Of a stretch of 64,000 bases of DNA, positions 37,423 to 46,551 are shown piece after piece; position 1 is the stretch's first letter, and each line of letters opens with the position of its first letter. The notes under the pieces are model-generated. The model had not been told where the DNA came from, ran no database searches, and saw only the letters and a list, made by a program, of their open reading frames with translations. Origin of the DNA: Robiginitomaculum sp. (GTDB lineage Bacteria > Pseudomonadota > Alphaproteobacteria > Caulobacterales > Maricaulaceae). The stretch is from assembly GCA_023301505.1 (NCBI GenBank), contig JALZUP010000093.1:8008-72007 (forward strand), written 5' to 3'. The position numbers and the translations under genes were made by a program.

Positions 37423-38550
37423 CTACTCCGCTGCCGCTCGTTCCTTAGCCAAAATCTCAGCTCGCGCTTCGACTTTGGCGACGATGTCTTCTACCATATC
37501 TTTATTGTCGGTTTTACCTGTTTTCACGCCTGCGGCATACATCATGCCGTAACCTGCGCTGCCGCCTGTAAAGCCTAGATCTGTATACATGGCTTCGCCG
37601 GGGCCATTAACAACGCAGCCTATGATGGACAGGCTGATAGGTTCGCTAATATGGGCCAGACGGTCTTCGAGGGTTTGGACGGTTTTGATTACGTCAAATC
37701 CTTGGCGCGCGCATGATGGGCACGAAATAATATTCACGCCGCGCGTTCTCAGGCCCAGTGATTTGAGCATGTCAAAGCCGACGCGCACTTCTTCTTCGGG
37801 TTCATCAGAGAGCGAGACGCGAATTGTGTCGCCAATGCCTGCCCAGAGTAGATTGCCCATACCAATAGAAGATTTAACCGTGCCAATGCGCGTTCCGCCC
37901 GCCTCGGTTACGCCCAAATGGAGCGGGGCGTCTGTGGCGTCAGCCAGCGCGTAATAGGCGGCCGCTGTGAGAAATAAATCGCTCGCTTTGACGCTGATTT
38001 TATAATTGTCGAAATTTTCTTCTTCGAGCATACGCGCATGCATGAGCGCGCTCTCAACCATGGCTTCAGGGCAAGGCTCTCCAAATTTTTCCAAAAGCTC
38101 TTTTTCGAGCGAGCCGCCATTGACCCCAATTCGGATAGAGCAGCCATTGGCGCGCGCGGCGGCGACAACTTCGCGCACGCGCGCTTGTCCGCCAATATTG
38201 CCCGGATTAATACGCAGACAAGCCGCACCATTATCAGCGGCCTCAATACCGCGTTTATAATGGAAATGAATATCGGCAACGAGGGGGCATTCAACGCTAT
38301 CGGCTATGGTTTTAAGTGCGGCGCTGCTCTCTTTGTCAGGGATAGAGACGCGCACAATATCGGCGCCCGCCGCTTCGCAGCGCATAATTTGCGCAATTGT
38401 GCCGTCAATATCATGAGTGACCGTATTGGTCATAGTTTGCACGGCAATCGGGGCGTCCCCGCCCACAGGCACGCGGCCGACCATAATTTGACGAGATTTA
38501 CGGCGCTCAATGCTGCGCCACGGACGGATTGAATTAATATCTTTGTTCAT
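37423..38550 (-). CDS. ispG: 4-hydroxy-3-methylbut-2-en-1-yl diphosphate synthase
   Basis: Full-length GcpE: [39 protein letters not shown]. Confidence 0.95.
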   Translation of the reverse strand: MNKDINSIRPWRSIERRKSRQIMVGRVPVGGDAPIAVQTMTNTVTHDIDGTIAQIMRCEAAGADIVRVSIPDKESSAALKTIADSVECPLVADIHFHYKRGIEAADNGAACLRINPGNIGGQARVREVVAAARANGCSIRIGVNGGSLEKELLEKFGEPCPEAMVESALMHARMLEEENFDNYKISVKASDLFLTAAAYYALADATDAPLHLGVTEAGGTRIGTVKSSIGMGNLLWAGIGDTIRVSLSDEPEEEVRVGFDMLKSLGLRTRGVNIISCPSCARQGFDVIKTVQTLEDRLAHISEPISLSIIGCVVNGPGEAMYTDLGFTGGSAGYGMMYAAGVKTGKTDNKDMVEDIVAKVEARAEILAKERAAAE

Positions 38551-38663
38551 GGGAGCTTCTTTGCCACGATTTAGCGGCTAAAAAAAGGTGTTAGTTGCGC
38601 GCAGGCTAAATTGATTACATCAAATATGGCTTTTATAGCTGTCATGGTGTTCTTTAAGCCGTT

Positions 38664-38858
38664 TTAGTGAGCAATTTTAGGGAGTTGTTTTAGGCGAGCA
38701 GGCAACGCGCTCATAATGTCATCGCGCTCAGTGTCGCTATAATTGACCCAGCTCGCAATTTCATCGCGCGAGCGGCCACAGCCAAGGCACATGCCGCTAC
38801 TCAGATCAAGCGTGCAGATAAGCTTACAGGGTGATTTTATCGGGGCGTTTTCAGGCAT
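38664..38858 (-). CDS. DUF1289 family Cys-rich protein
   Basis: SPCKLICTLD...MCLGCGRSRDEI..W. The start is taken at MPENAP. Confidence 0.75.
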   Translation of the reverse strand: MPENAPIKSPCKLICTLDLSSGMCLGCGRSRDEIASWVNYSDTERDDIMSALPARLKQLPKIAH

Positions 38859-38994
38859 AATGGCTCTTAGGCTATAAATATATAAATGCCAAATCGGCAA
38901 AACAAATAAATGCAGAATGATAAAGAGCGATAATCAGCTTGGCGAGGCGGCACGAGTGTTATAAAGCCAGCATCTTAAGTCTTAAGGAGGTGTT

Positions 38995-39180
38995 ATGCGC
39001 ATCATTTTTAAAATTGCTCTTATTTTTGCTCTGGCCGCCCCGCCTGTTTTGCTCGGCGCTTGCGGGCTTAAAGGCGAGCTAAAAACGCCGCCACCTATAG
39101 GTAGCGGCGATGGCAGCGGCGATAATGCGGCGGCGAATTATAATCTTCAGCCCACTCTTCAACTTGCGAGCGATAGATAA
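38995..39180 (+). CDS. Small LptM/YifL-like lipoprotein
   Basis: LLGACGLKGELKTPPP lipobox plus the characteristic GLKG.L..P motif. It lies immediately upstream of lysA, which is the usual position. Confidence 0.6.
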   Translation: MRIIFKIALIFALAAPPVLLGACGLKGELKTPPPIGSGDGSGDNAAANYNLQPTLQLASDR

Positions 39181-39182
39181 TC

Positions 39183-40448
39183 ATGCGTCACTTTGATTTT
39201 GAAAATGGCGTCATGCATGCCGAAAATGTCTCCTTAGCCGAAATCGCGCAAAAGGTTGGCACGCCTTGCTATGTTTATAGCGCGGCCACTTTGCGCCGTC
39301 ATTTTACTGTGTTCTCCGATGCCTTTAAAGGCCGTCAGGCCTTGGTGGCTTATAGCGTTAAAGCCAATTCTAATCTGGCGGTTCTATCGCTTTTGGCAAA
39401 ATTGGGCGCGGGCGCGGATGTTGTTTCGGGCGGAGAGCTAGCGCGCGCGCTGACGGCAGGAATTGCGGCGTCTAAAATTGTATTCTCTGGGGTCGGTAAA
39501 AAGCCTGACGAGCTGCGCGCGGCTCTCACAGCAGGCATTAAAATGTTTAATGTGGAGAGCGAGGCAGAAGCGCTGGCCCTTAATGATATTGCTTTAGAGC
39601 TTGGAGTGCGCGCGCCGATTAGCTTTCGCGTCAATCCAGATGTTAGCGCGGGCGGGCATGAGAAAATCAGCACAGGTAAGGCCGAGAATAAATTTGGCAT
39701 TGCGTGGTCATCGGCCAAGGCGGCCTATGCGCGCGCGGCTAAATTGCCGGGCTTAAATATTATTGGCGTGGATGTTCATATTGGCAGCCAGATTGATGAT
39801 TTAGCGCCGTTTAAACTTGCCATAGATAAAGTTGGCGGCCTGATAAAGGATTTGCGCGCGCAGGGGCATGATATATCCGTCTTTGATATTGGCGGCGGGC
39901 TGGGCATTCCTTATGGCGATAATCAAAAAGTGCCGCCGCTTCCCGTTGATTATGGCGCTATGGTGAAACAGGCCACGGCTGATTTGGATGTTGAGCTAGT
40001 CTTTGAGCCGGGGCGCATGATTGCAGGAAATGCAGGCGTGCTGCTCTCGGCGGTGACCTATGTGAAGCAAGGCGAGAACCGCGACTTTCTCATCATTGAC
40101 GCTGCGATGAATGATTTAATTCGCCCCGCCCTTTATGACGCCTATCACGAGATTGAAGCGGTTACGGCGCCGGGCATTGATGCCAAGCAGTATTTATATG
40201 ATGTGGTTGGGCCTGTATGTGAGAGCGGAGATACATTCACAAAACGCCGTGAGTTGCCGCAAATGCAGGCGGGGGATCTATTGGTCATGCATAGCGCGGG
40301 GGCTTATGGCGCGGTGCAAGCGGGGCAATATAATACGCGCCCACTTGTGCCCGAAGTGCTGGTGAGCGGCTCTGATTGGGCCATTATTCGGGAACGGCCA
40401 ACGATTGAAGACATGCTTAAATGCGAGCATATTCCGAGCTGGGCCTAG
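39183..40448 (+). CDS. lysA: Diaminopimelate decarboxylase
   Basis: YSVKANSN, GGGLGIPY, EPGR, CESGD, GAY. Confidence 0.95.
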   Translation: MRHFDFENGVMHAENVSLAEIAQKVGTPCYVYSAATLRRHFTVFSDAFKGRQALVAYSVKANSNLAVLSLLAKLGAGADVVSGGELARALTAGIAASKIVFSGVGKKPDELRAALTAGIKMFNVESEAEALALNDIALELGVRAPISFRVNPDVSAGGHEKISTGKAENKFGIAWSSAKAAYARAAKLPGLNIIGVDVHIGSQIDDLAPFKLAIDKVGGLIKDLRAQGHDISVFDIGGGLGIPYGDNQKVPPLPVDYGAMVKQATADLDVELVFEPGRMIAGNAGVLLSAVTYVKQGENRDFLIIDAAMNDLIRPALYDAYHEIEAVTAPGIDAKQYLYDVVGPVCESGDTFTKRRELPQMQAGDLLVMHSAGAYGAVQAGQYNTRPLVPEVLVSGSDWAIIRERPTIEDMLKCEHIPSWA

Positions 40449-40860
40449 CCTGACCCTGCTGACCTTAATGGTAGGTCTAATTTGAGCCTGATTATGGCCT
40501 AAATATGCATTGAATCTCGCTATTTAAGGCTCAAAAGAGCCGTTTTTAGCCCTTTTTTGGGGGGTTAATAGGCGTTAACCTTTTGCGTGAATGTCGTTCA
40601 TATAACTGACAGGATTTGAAGCTCATAAGGGCTAAGCTGCTTCCTTATGTGGGTATAAAGGAGTGGTTTGGCTCTGGGCGCGATGTTTACGCCGCCCCTG
40701 TAATCACGCGTCCAGACCAACTTTTATTACGGATTATATATGTCTTAGACAAATATGAGGGCCTTATGAGGCGCCTTTATTTGGCTAAAAGCTCACACCA
40801 CCCCTGTAAAGGGCGCGTGAGGGAGGTCAGACGGCCCACAGGTCGTTGCATCTGATCAAG

Positions 40861-40920
40861 GCACGCAGTCCAGCCCCCCAACACCTTGCTGGGCTGCGTG
40901 CGTCCCAGCTTTTCTCTCTA
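40861..40920 (+). terminator. Very strong hairpin (14-bp stem) followed by a T-rich tract; terminator of an unassigned plus-strand transcript
   Basis: gcacgcagtccagc-(13 nt)-gctgggctgcgtgc, then gtcccagcttttctctct. Only the plus-strand orientation has a U-rich tail. Confidence 0.55.
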
Positions 40921-40943
40921 CTTTTCTCTGCAGCTTTTCTCTG
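40906..40943. repeat. cagcttttctct-type units, 2 full plus 1 partial
   Basis: cagcttttctctcta | cttttctctg | cagcttttctctg, about 120 bp upstream of prfA. Confidence 0.7.
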
Positions 40944-41065
40944 CACACGCGTTAACTCTAGGCCGCTTGCCCAAAAATAGCTTTGATATTAACAAGGCTT
41001 TGCGTCTCTATATTGGCGCGCAAAGCCTCTGTACTTTTAAGCTGTAATTGGCTAGCACCGCAGAC

Positions 41066-42145
41066 ATGAAAATACCTGAAAGCAAACTCTCCCAAGTCGT
41101 TGACCGTTTCGAGCAAATCGAGGCGCGTATGGGCGTTGCCACTCAGACCGATGAAATTGTCCGCTTGTCCAAAGAACATGCTGAGCTTCGCAGCGTGGTT
41201 GAGAGCGTGCGCCGCTTGCAGGCGGTCAATAGCGAGATGGCTGATTTGGATACTATGCTGGCTGACCCTGATATGGGCGCAGATATGCTGAGCATGGCCA
41301 AAGACGAGCTGCAAGCGCTCAAAGAGAGCCTGCCTGAGCTTGAGCATGAAGTGTCGCTCTTATTACTGCCCAAAGATGCCAATGATAATGCCTCTGTTGT
41401 GTTAGAAATTCGCGCAGGGACGGGCGGAGATGAAGCGGCGATTTTTGCGGGGGATTTATACCGCATGTATGCGCGCTACGCCCAGCTTCAAGGCTGGAAG
41501 GTTGAGGTGGAGACTGAGAGCGAAGCGGATATGGGCGGCTATAAGGAAATTGTGGCCTCCGTTACAGGGAAGGGCGTTTTTGGCAAGATGAAATTTGAGA
41601 GCGGCGTTCACCGCGTTCAGCGCGTGCCAGTCACCGAAACGCAAGGCCGTATTCATACAAGCGCGGCCACGGTGGCGGTGCTGCCCGAAGCCGAAGATGT
41701 TGATATTGATTTTAATATGAATGATGTGCGTGTTGATACAATGCGCGCCTCTGGGGCAGGGGGCCAGCACGTTAATAAAACGGACTCGGCTGTGCGTATG
41801 ACCCATATTCCGTCGGGCGTTGTTGTTGTATGTGATGCTAAGTCCCAACATCAAAACCGCGCCAATGCCGAGAAAATTCTTAAAATGCGTCTTTATGATA
41901 TGGAGCGCGAGCGCCTAGATGCTGAGCGCGCAGATGATCGTAAATCGAAAGTGGGCAGCGGCGACCGCTCTGGCCGCATTCGCACCTATAATTATCCTCA
42001 AGGCCGGGTGACCGATCACCGTATTGGTTTGACCTTATATAATCTGGATAAGATTGTGGCGGGTGACGCGCTGGCCGAAGTGGTTGATAGCCTGATTGGC
42101 GAAGACCAAGCAGCCAAGCTGGCTGATATGGAAGCTGGATTATAA
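41066..42145 (+). CDS. prfA: Peptide chain release factor 1
   Basis: PxT-region and GGQ motif ([16 protein letters not shown]). ATG 41066 is preferred over TTG 41048. Confidence 0.95.
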   Translation: MKIPESKLSQVVDRFEQIEARMGVATQTDEIVRLSKEHAELRSVVESVRRLQAVNSEMADLDTMLADPDMGADMLSMAKDELQALKESLPELEHEVSLLLLPKDANDNASVVLEIRAGTGGDEAAIFAGDLYRMYARYAQLQGWKVEVETESEADMGGYKEIVASVTGKGVFGKMKFESGVHRVQRVPVTETQGRIHTSAATVAVLPEAEDVDIDFNMNDVRVDTMRASGAGGQHVNKTDSAVRMTHIPSGVVVVCDAKSQHQNRANAEKILKMRLYDMERERLDAERADDRKSKVGSGDRSGRIRTYNYPQGRVTDHRIGLTLYNLDKIVAGDALAEVVDSLIGEDQAAKLADMEAGL

Positions 42146-42148
42146 CTC

Positions 42149-43051
42149 ATGGATGCGCCTTATACAGGCATCTCCATTAAGAATGCGCGCCGTTTATTAA
42201 TGCGCAATTTCGAGCAAGCTGGGTTAGACTCTGCGGCCATGGATGCGCGCATATTGGTAGGCTTTGCGGCAGGGCTAAGCCCGTCCGACCTTATTGCGCG
42301 CGGGCCAGAGTTTTTATCAGAAGACATGTTTAAGACTCTATCAGCTTATGCGGATCAGCGTCTGGCGGGAAAGCCTATTAGCCAGATTATTGGCTATCGT
42401 GATTTTTGGAAAGACCGCTTCATCGTCAATGAGCATGTGTTAACGCCGCGGCCAGAAACGGAAGGCATTATTGAGACCGCGCTGACCTGTTTTAAAGATC
42501 GCGCGCCGCGCTCTATATTGGATCTTGGCACGGGGTCAGGCGCGATAATTTTATCATTATTAGGCGAGTTTGGCCCAGATAAACTTCATGGAGATAAACT
42601 TTATGGCGAGCCTATTCAGGCTATTGGCGTGGATATTAGCGGCGACGCCCTGGCTATAGCGCGCCAAAATAGCGCCTCGCTGTCTCGTCCCTGCACATTT
42701 ATTCAAAGCAACTGGTTTGAGGGCGTGGAAGGGACGTTTGATCTGATTGTGTCCAACCCGCCCTATATTACGGATGCGGCCATGAGCATATTGCCGCGCG
42801 ATGTGGCCGAATATGAACCAAGCTTAGCTCTGCGCGGCGGCCTTAACGGTCTTGGGCCTTATCAGTATATTTGCGGCCAGCTTACCGATTATCTTAAACC
42901 CCAAGGCTGGGTGATTTTTGAAATTGGCTATGACCAAGGGGCGGCTGTGTCAGATTTATTGCAAGAGGCGGGGCTTGTGAATGTTAAGATCTTGCCTGAT
43001 TTGCAAGGTCATGATCGCATTATATTTGGGCAAATGGGCATGGCTGAGTAA
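42149..43051 (+). CDS. prmC: Release-factor glutamine N5-methyltransferase
   Basis: LDLGTGSGAI, IVSNPPYI, and its position directly after prfA. Confidence 0.9.
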   Translation: MDAPYTGISIKNARRLLMRNFEQAGLDSAAMDARILVGFAAGLSPSDLIARGPEFLSEDMFKTLSAYADQRLAGKPISQIIGYRDFWKDRFIVNEHVLTPRPETEGIIETALTCFKDRAPRSILDLGTGSGAIILSLLGEFGPDKLHGDKLYGEPIQAIGVDISGDALAIARQNSASLSRPCTFIQSNWFEGVEGTFDLIVSNPPYITDAAMSILPRDVAEYEPSLALRGGLNGLGPYQYICGQLTDYLKPQGWVIFEIGYDQGAAVSDLLQEAGLVNVKILPDLQGHDRIIFGQMGMAE

Positions 43052-43237
43052 AAGGCAAAAAAGCGCTGGACATTGGAGGCGAGCGCGTTAAAGTCTAGGT
43101 GAATTTCGCGGTAGGCCGAATGAATTATCTGGCCCCGAAATGATCAATCGAATGATATAGGGACTAGGCTGTTGCCGTCATGCTGCTAGAGCGGCACTTC
43201 TTTTCAAAATCATATGGACCTGTAAAAAGGATAGGCT

Positions 43238-43933
43238 ATGAAGCGCCAACGTGGACGGAATAATAACCGTCGTAATAACAATAATAATAACAATAATAAT
43301 ATGCCGAATTTAAACCGCTCTTACGACAGTAATGGGCCGGATGTTAAAATTCGGGGTAATGCCAATACTATTTATGAAAAATATGTGACATTGGCACGTG
43401 ATGCGAAGACATCAGGTAACCGCATTAAGGCAGAGAGCTATTTGCAACATGCTGAGCATTATCTGCGTCTGCATCAAGACATTCAGGCCAAAGTTGACGC
43501 CATGAAGGCTGAAAAAGAAGCGGCCCGTCTTGCGCGCGAAGAACAGCGCGCGGCGGAACGCGAAGCCAATAAAGACAAGGCAGCGGAAGGGGGCGATGAG
43601 GCCTCATCCTCTGATGAGACCGGCGAGCGTAAGCCGCGCCGTAATTCGCGCTCTCGTCGTCATCGCGATAATTATAAAGACACTAAAAATTCTGACTCAA
43701 ACAAGGATCAGGGCAAAGACCAGGGCAGGGATCAGAGCAAAGATGAGCAAGACGGCGCTCGCGCTTCTGAAACGCCCCAAAGATCTGAGGATGTTAGCTC
43801 TGCTAGCTCGGGTGAAAAAGCTGACGCAAATGCGGCAAGTGACGCCAAAGACGCCGCGCCGCGCCGCAAGCGCGCCCCTGCGCGTAAAGCTGAGCCTGAT
43901 AATCAGCCAGAAGCGGAAACGGCGGCTGAATAA
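43238..43933 (+). CDS. DUF4167 domain protein with an Asn run and a charged low-complexity tail
   Basis: SNGPDVKIRGNANTIYEKYVTLARDA...AESYLQHAEHY. It sits in the conserved position after prmC in Alphaproteobacteria. Confidence 0.75.
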   Translation: MKRQRGRNNNRRNNNNNNNNNMPNLNRSYDSNGPDVKIRGNANTIYEKYVTLARDAKTSGNRIKAESYLQHAEHYLRLHQDIQAKVDAMKAEKEAARLAREEQRAAEREANKDKAAEGGDEASSSDETGERKPRRNSRSRRHRDNYKDTKNSDSNKDQGKDQGRDQSKDEQDGARASETPQRSEDVSSASSGEKADANAASDAKDAAPRRKRAPARKAEPDNQPEAETAAE

Positions 43934-43957
43934 ATTTGGGGTTAAGGTGAGAGCATA

Positions 43958-43990
43958 TAAAAAGCGCGCTATAGCTAGCGCGCTTTTTTG
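43958..43990. terminator. Bidirectional intrinsic terminator
   Basis: aaaaa-agcgcgct-atagct-agcgcgct-tttttt lies between convergent genes. Confidence 0.8.
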
Positions 43991-44110
43991 ATGTCTTGGC
44001 TTATGCCTCTATTCCCCTGTCCTTGCCCGCGGTCTTTGCGTGCTGCCTACTTTTTCTCCAATATTGCTAGAGAAAATTGCGAGGGAAAGACTGGGGCTGT
44101 AGGGCGAGTT

Positions 44111-44770
44111 TTATTTTTTAGTCGATGTGGTTTTCTTCACCGCGCTTTTGGCTTTACTGCTCGCCTTGCTGGCGGTTGTTTTTGCCGCTGTTTTGGCTTT
44201 GCTGGCCGCTGTGCTTGTTGTCTTTTTAGCTGTTGTCTTAGCTTTGCTAACAGTCTTTTTCGCCGCTGAGCTGACCTTTTTAGTCGCTGATTTTTTCACT
44301 GTTGGCTTTTTTACAGGAGTTTTCGCTGCAGGCTTTAGTTCTGTATCTGCGCCCGCCTCATCATCTTTGGAGATGGAACTTTTAAGGGTCTTGGCTTTTT
44401 CCGCCGCGGCAGCTTTGGTTTTTAAGGCCGCCTCGCGTAGCTCATCGAGCATTTCATTTCCAGGAATAGCCATTTCGACATTCTTCCCGCCCAAGGCTTT
44501 GTTGATGTCGCCAAGGCGGCTATACATACGAAAGACGATAATGATGCATTCGCAAATTACGCGCCAGACCAATATGGCCAAAACAACCATGACAATGCTT
44601 TTTAGCAAGAGCGGTATGAAGGCCACAGCGCCGCTGGTGAAGCTGTGATAAATATTCGTGACGAATGTAAAGGCGGTATATAAAAGCCCAATATAATAAA
44701 CGAGCTTGATAATTTGTTCCGAAATCATTTTGTCAAATGAGAGCAGATTACTAGTAATGTTTTTAAACAT
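44111..44770 (-). CDS. DUF4282-like two-TM membrane domain fused to a Lys/Ala/Thr-rich histone-H1/AlgP-like tail
   Basis: The N-terminus is LLSFDKMISEQIIKLVYYIGLL...RVICECIIIVFRM. The C-terminal ~90 aa read KKPTVKKSATKKVSSAAKKTVSKAKTTAKKTTS.... Confidence 0.6.
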   Translation of the reverse strand: MFKNITSNLLSFDKMISEQIIKLVYYIGLLYTAFTFVTNIYHSFTSGAVAFIPLLLKSIVMVVLAILVWRVICECIIIVFRMYSRLGDINKALGGKNVEMAIPGNEMLDELREAALKTKAAAAEKAKTLKSSISKDDEAGADTELKPAAKTPVKKPTVKKSATKKVSSAAKKTVSKAKTTAKKTTSTAASKAKTAAKTTASKASSKAKSAVKKTTSTKK

Positions 44771-44820
44771 AAGGCCTCCTAAAATTCACGCTGGCCTTTC
44801 CTTAGCAAGCCCGCCCCAGA

Positions 44821-44883
44821 CTCACAAGCATTAAGCCTCACAAGCTTAAGCCTCACAAGCATTAAGTCTCACAAGCATTAAGC
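44821..44883. repeat. 15-16 bp x4 tandem repeat (ctcacaagcattaagc)
   Basis: It lies directly downstream (minus-strand sense) of the M23 peptidase stop at 44906. Degenerate cttaa/ctaag units fill 44884-44905. Confidence 0.9.
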
Positions 44884-44905
44884 CTTAAAGCTAAGCTCTA
44901 ACGAA

Positions 44906-46387
44906 TTAAGGAAGCGTGCCGTCTGGCTCTTGCGGGACCATCACCATGTTTTCGGGAGCGGGCAGGCTGACCAAATTCACGCTTTGAACGGCTGGTTCAG
45001 GCAAGACAGGCGGAGCAGATTGAATAAGTTTATCAATCTCATTGCGGCGCGCGAGAAAATTATCTTTCTCAGCAGATGGAAGGGGTTTCCCAGATAATGA
45101 GGAGAGCGAGTTGGGATTAATAGGCTTGCCATTTTTATGCACTTCATAATGCAGATGTGGCCCTGTTGAGCTGCCCGTTGTGCCGACATAGCCAATGGTT
45201 TGGCCTTGGGTGACGCGCGTGCCAGCTTTGATGCCGCGGGCAAAGGATTTCAAATGGGCATAGGCGGTTTTATAACCGTCACTATGACTGATGCGTATAT
45301 AATTGCCAAAGCTTCCATATCTATTGGCGCGTTCAACTACGCCCACGCCTGCGGCCATAATTGGCGTGCCTGACGCCGCGCCAAAATCAACGCCATTATG
45401 TTGGCGCGTATAGCCCAGCACAGGATGGCGCCGCGAGCCAAAGCTAGAGGTGAGGCGCGCGCCATTAATGGGCGTGCGCATAAGTTTGCGTTTTGCGCCT
45501 TTGCCCTCAGCGTCAAAATAATTTTCTGAACCTGACTCAAGTTCATAGAGCCAATATTGCGTCGTGTTTCCGCGCGGCGAAAAGCTCGTATAAACCAGAT
45601 CGCCTGCTTTGATCGGATTGCCTTGGCGGTCACGATAAAGCTCAAAGGCCATCGTGAAAGCATCATCTTTGCGAATGTCGCGCGCAAAATCGACGCTATG
45701 CTCATAAATATGCGAAAACTGAATGGTGACCTTGTCTGGCACGCCCATTTCGCTCGCATCTAAATATAAGCTATTTTGAATGAGACCGCTGACCTTGACG
45801 ATTTCCATAGGGAAAGTGATCGCAATATCTTTGGCTGAAAATTCACCATTTTGCAGGCGGTTAATATGAATGGCGCGCTCAACATTAGGTTTAAGGCTCA
45901 TGCCGATAAGGGGCTGATAGCCTTCCTCATCTGCGGGCACGCTATCATCAAAATAAAGCGAGATATTCTGCCCTGCGCGTAGATCGCGCGGATTATAGAC
46001 CTGTGCAAATTTTTGCGTAAGCTGATAGGCAATTGGACCCGAGACGCCATTTTTTTGCAAAAGCGGGCCTAGAGACTCCCCTGACTTCAATGTAACTGTT
46101 TTAACGGCGTTTCCTAAGGATGGAAACTGGGCAGAGAGTGTGTACTCATCTGGAGAGGAGGCTGCGGCAATTGCGGGTTTCGGATTAAGGCTTGCTTCCG
46201 CTTCATTTGGGCTTTGAAAGAGGGCTCCAGCTACGATGATTGCGCCTGTAATGCCTGCGCCTGCAACAAAAACGCCGCGTGTTAATTTAAGATTATGCAG
46301 CCGAGTTAGCAGGCCGTAATAGGATTTGAGCATAAAATGTTTAAAGGATGTATGCGGCATTGACATTATATAGACGTCCCAGATCAT
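44906..46387 (-). CDS. M23 family metallopeptidase with an N-terminal membrane anchor
   Basis: HNGVDFGA..GTPI, GNYIRISH..GY.T.YAHL, GYVG.TG.STGPHLHYEV. Alternative starts are possible at the internal Met residues 8 and 10 (complement 46366 and 46360). Confidence 0.8.
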   Translation of the reverse strand: MIWDVYIMSMPHTSFKHFMLKSYYGLLTRLHNLKLTRGVFVAGAGITGAIIVAGALFQSPNEAEASLNPKPAIAAASSPDEYTLSAQFPSLGNAVKTVTLKSGESLGPLLQKNGVSGPIAYQLTQKFAQVYNPRDLRAGQNISLYFDDSVPADEEGYQPLIGMSLKPNVERAIHINRLQNGEFSAKDIAITFPMEIVKVSGLIQNSLYLDASEMGVPDKVTIQFSHIYEHSVDFARDIRKDDAFTMAFELYRDRQGNPIKAGDLVYTSFSPRGNTTQYWLYELESGSENYFDAEGKGAKRKLMRTPINGARLTSSFGSRRHPVLGYTRQHNGVDFGAASGTPIMAAGVGVVERANRYGSFGNYIRISHSDGYKTAYAHLKSFARGIKAGTRVTQGQTIGYVGTTGSSTGPHLHYEVHKNGKPINPNSLSSLSGKPLPSAEKDNFLARRNEIDKLIQSAPPVLPEPAVQSVNLVSLPAPENMVMVPQEPDGTLP

Positions 46388-46551
46388 TTATTATATTTTC
46401 GCAAGACTATATGCCAAAATATGTTAGCTAATATTCATACAGCAAATGCCAATAATATAGCTTATCATTGGTTAACGCGGCTTAATTTATAATTGTTTTT
46501 TTACAGCGCTATAGCTTCTTAGGACATCTGCGAAAGGTCACGCAAATCTAA

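Noticed and set aside
40616-40855. 79-aa ORF in the lysA-prfA spacer as a real gene.
   Set aside because: It starts at TTG with no Shine-Dalgarno sequence. It has odd composition and runs through predicted RNA helices. The region is more plausibly non-coding RNA or a leader.
41048-42145. Programmed frameshift or other recoding in the release-factor gene.
   Set aside because: The gene is RF1 (prfA), not RF2. The reading frame is uninterrupted from ATG 41066 to the stop.
43270-43305. AAT/AAC trinucleotide run as a non-coding microsatellite.
   Set aside because: It lies inside the DUF4167 CDS and encodes the Asn run (RRNNNNNNNNN). It is a coding homopolymer tract, not a separate element.
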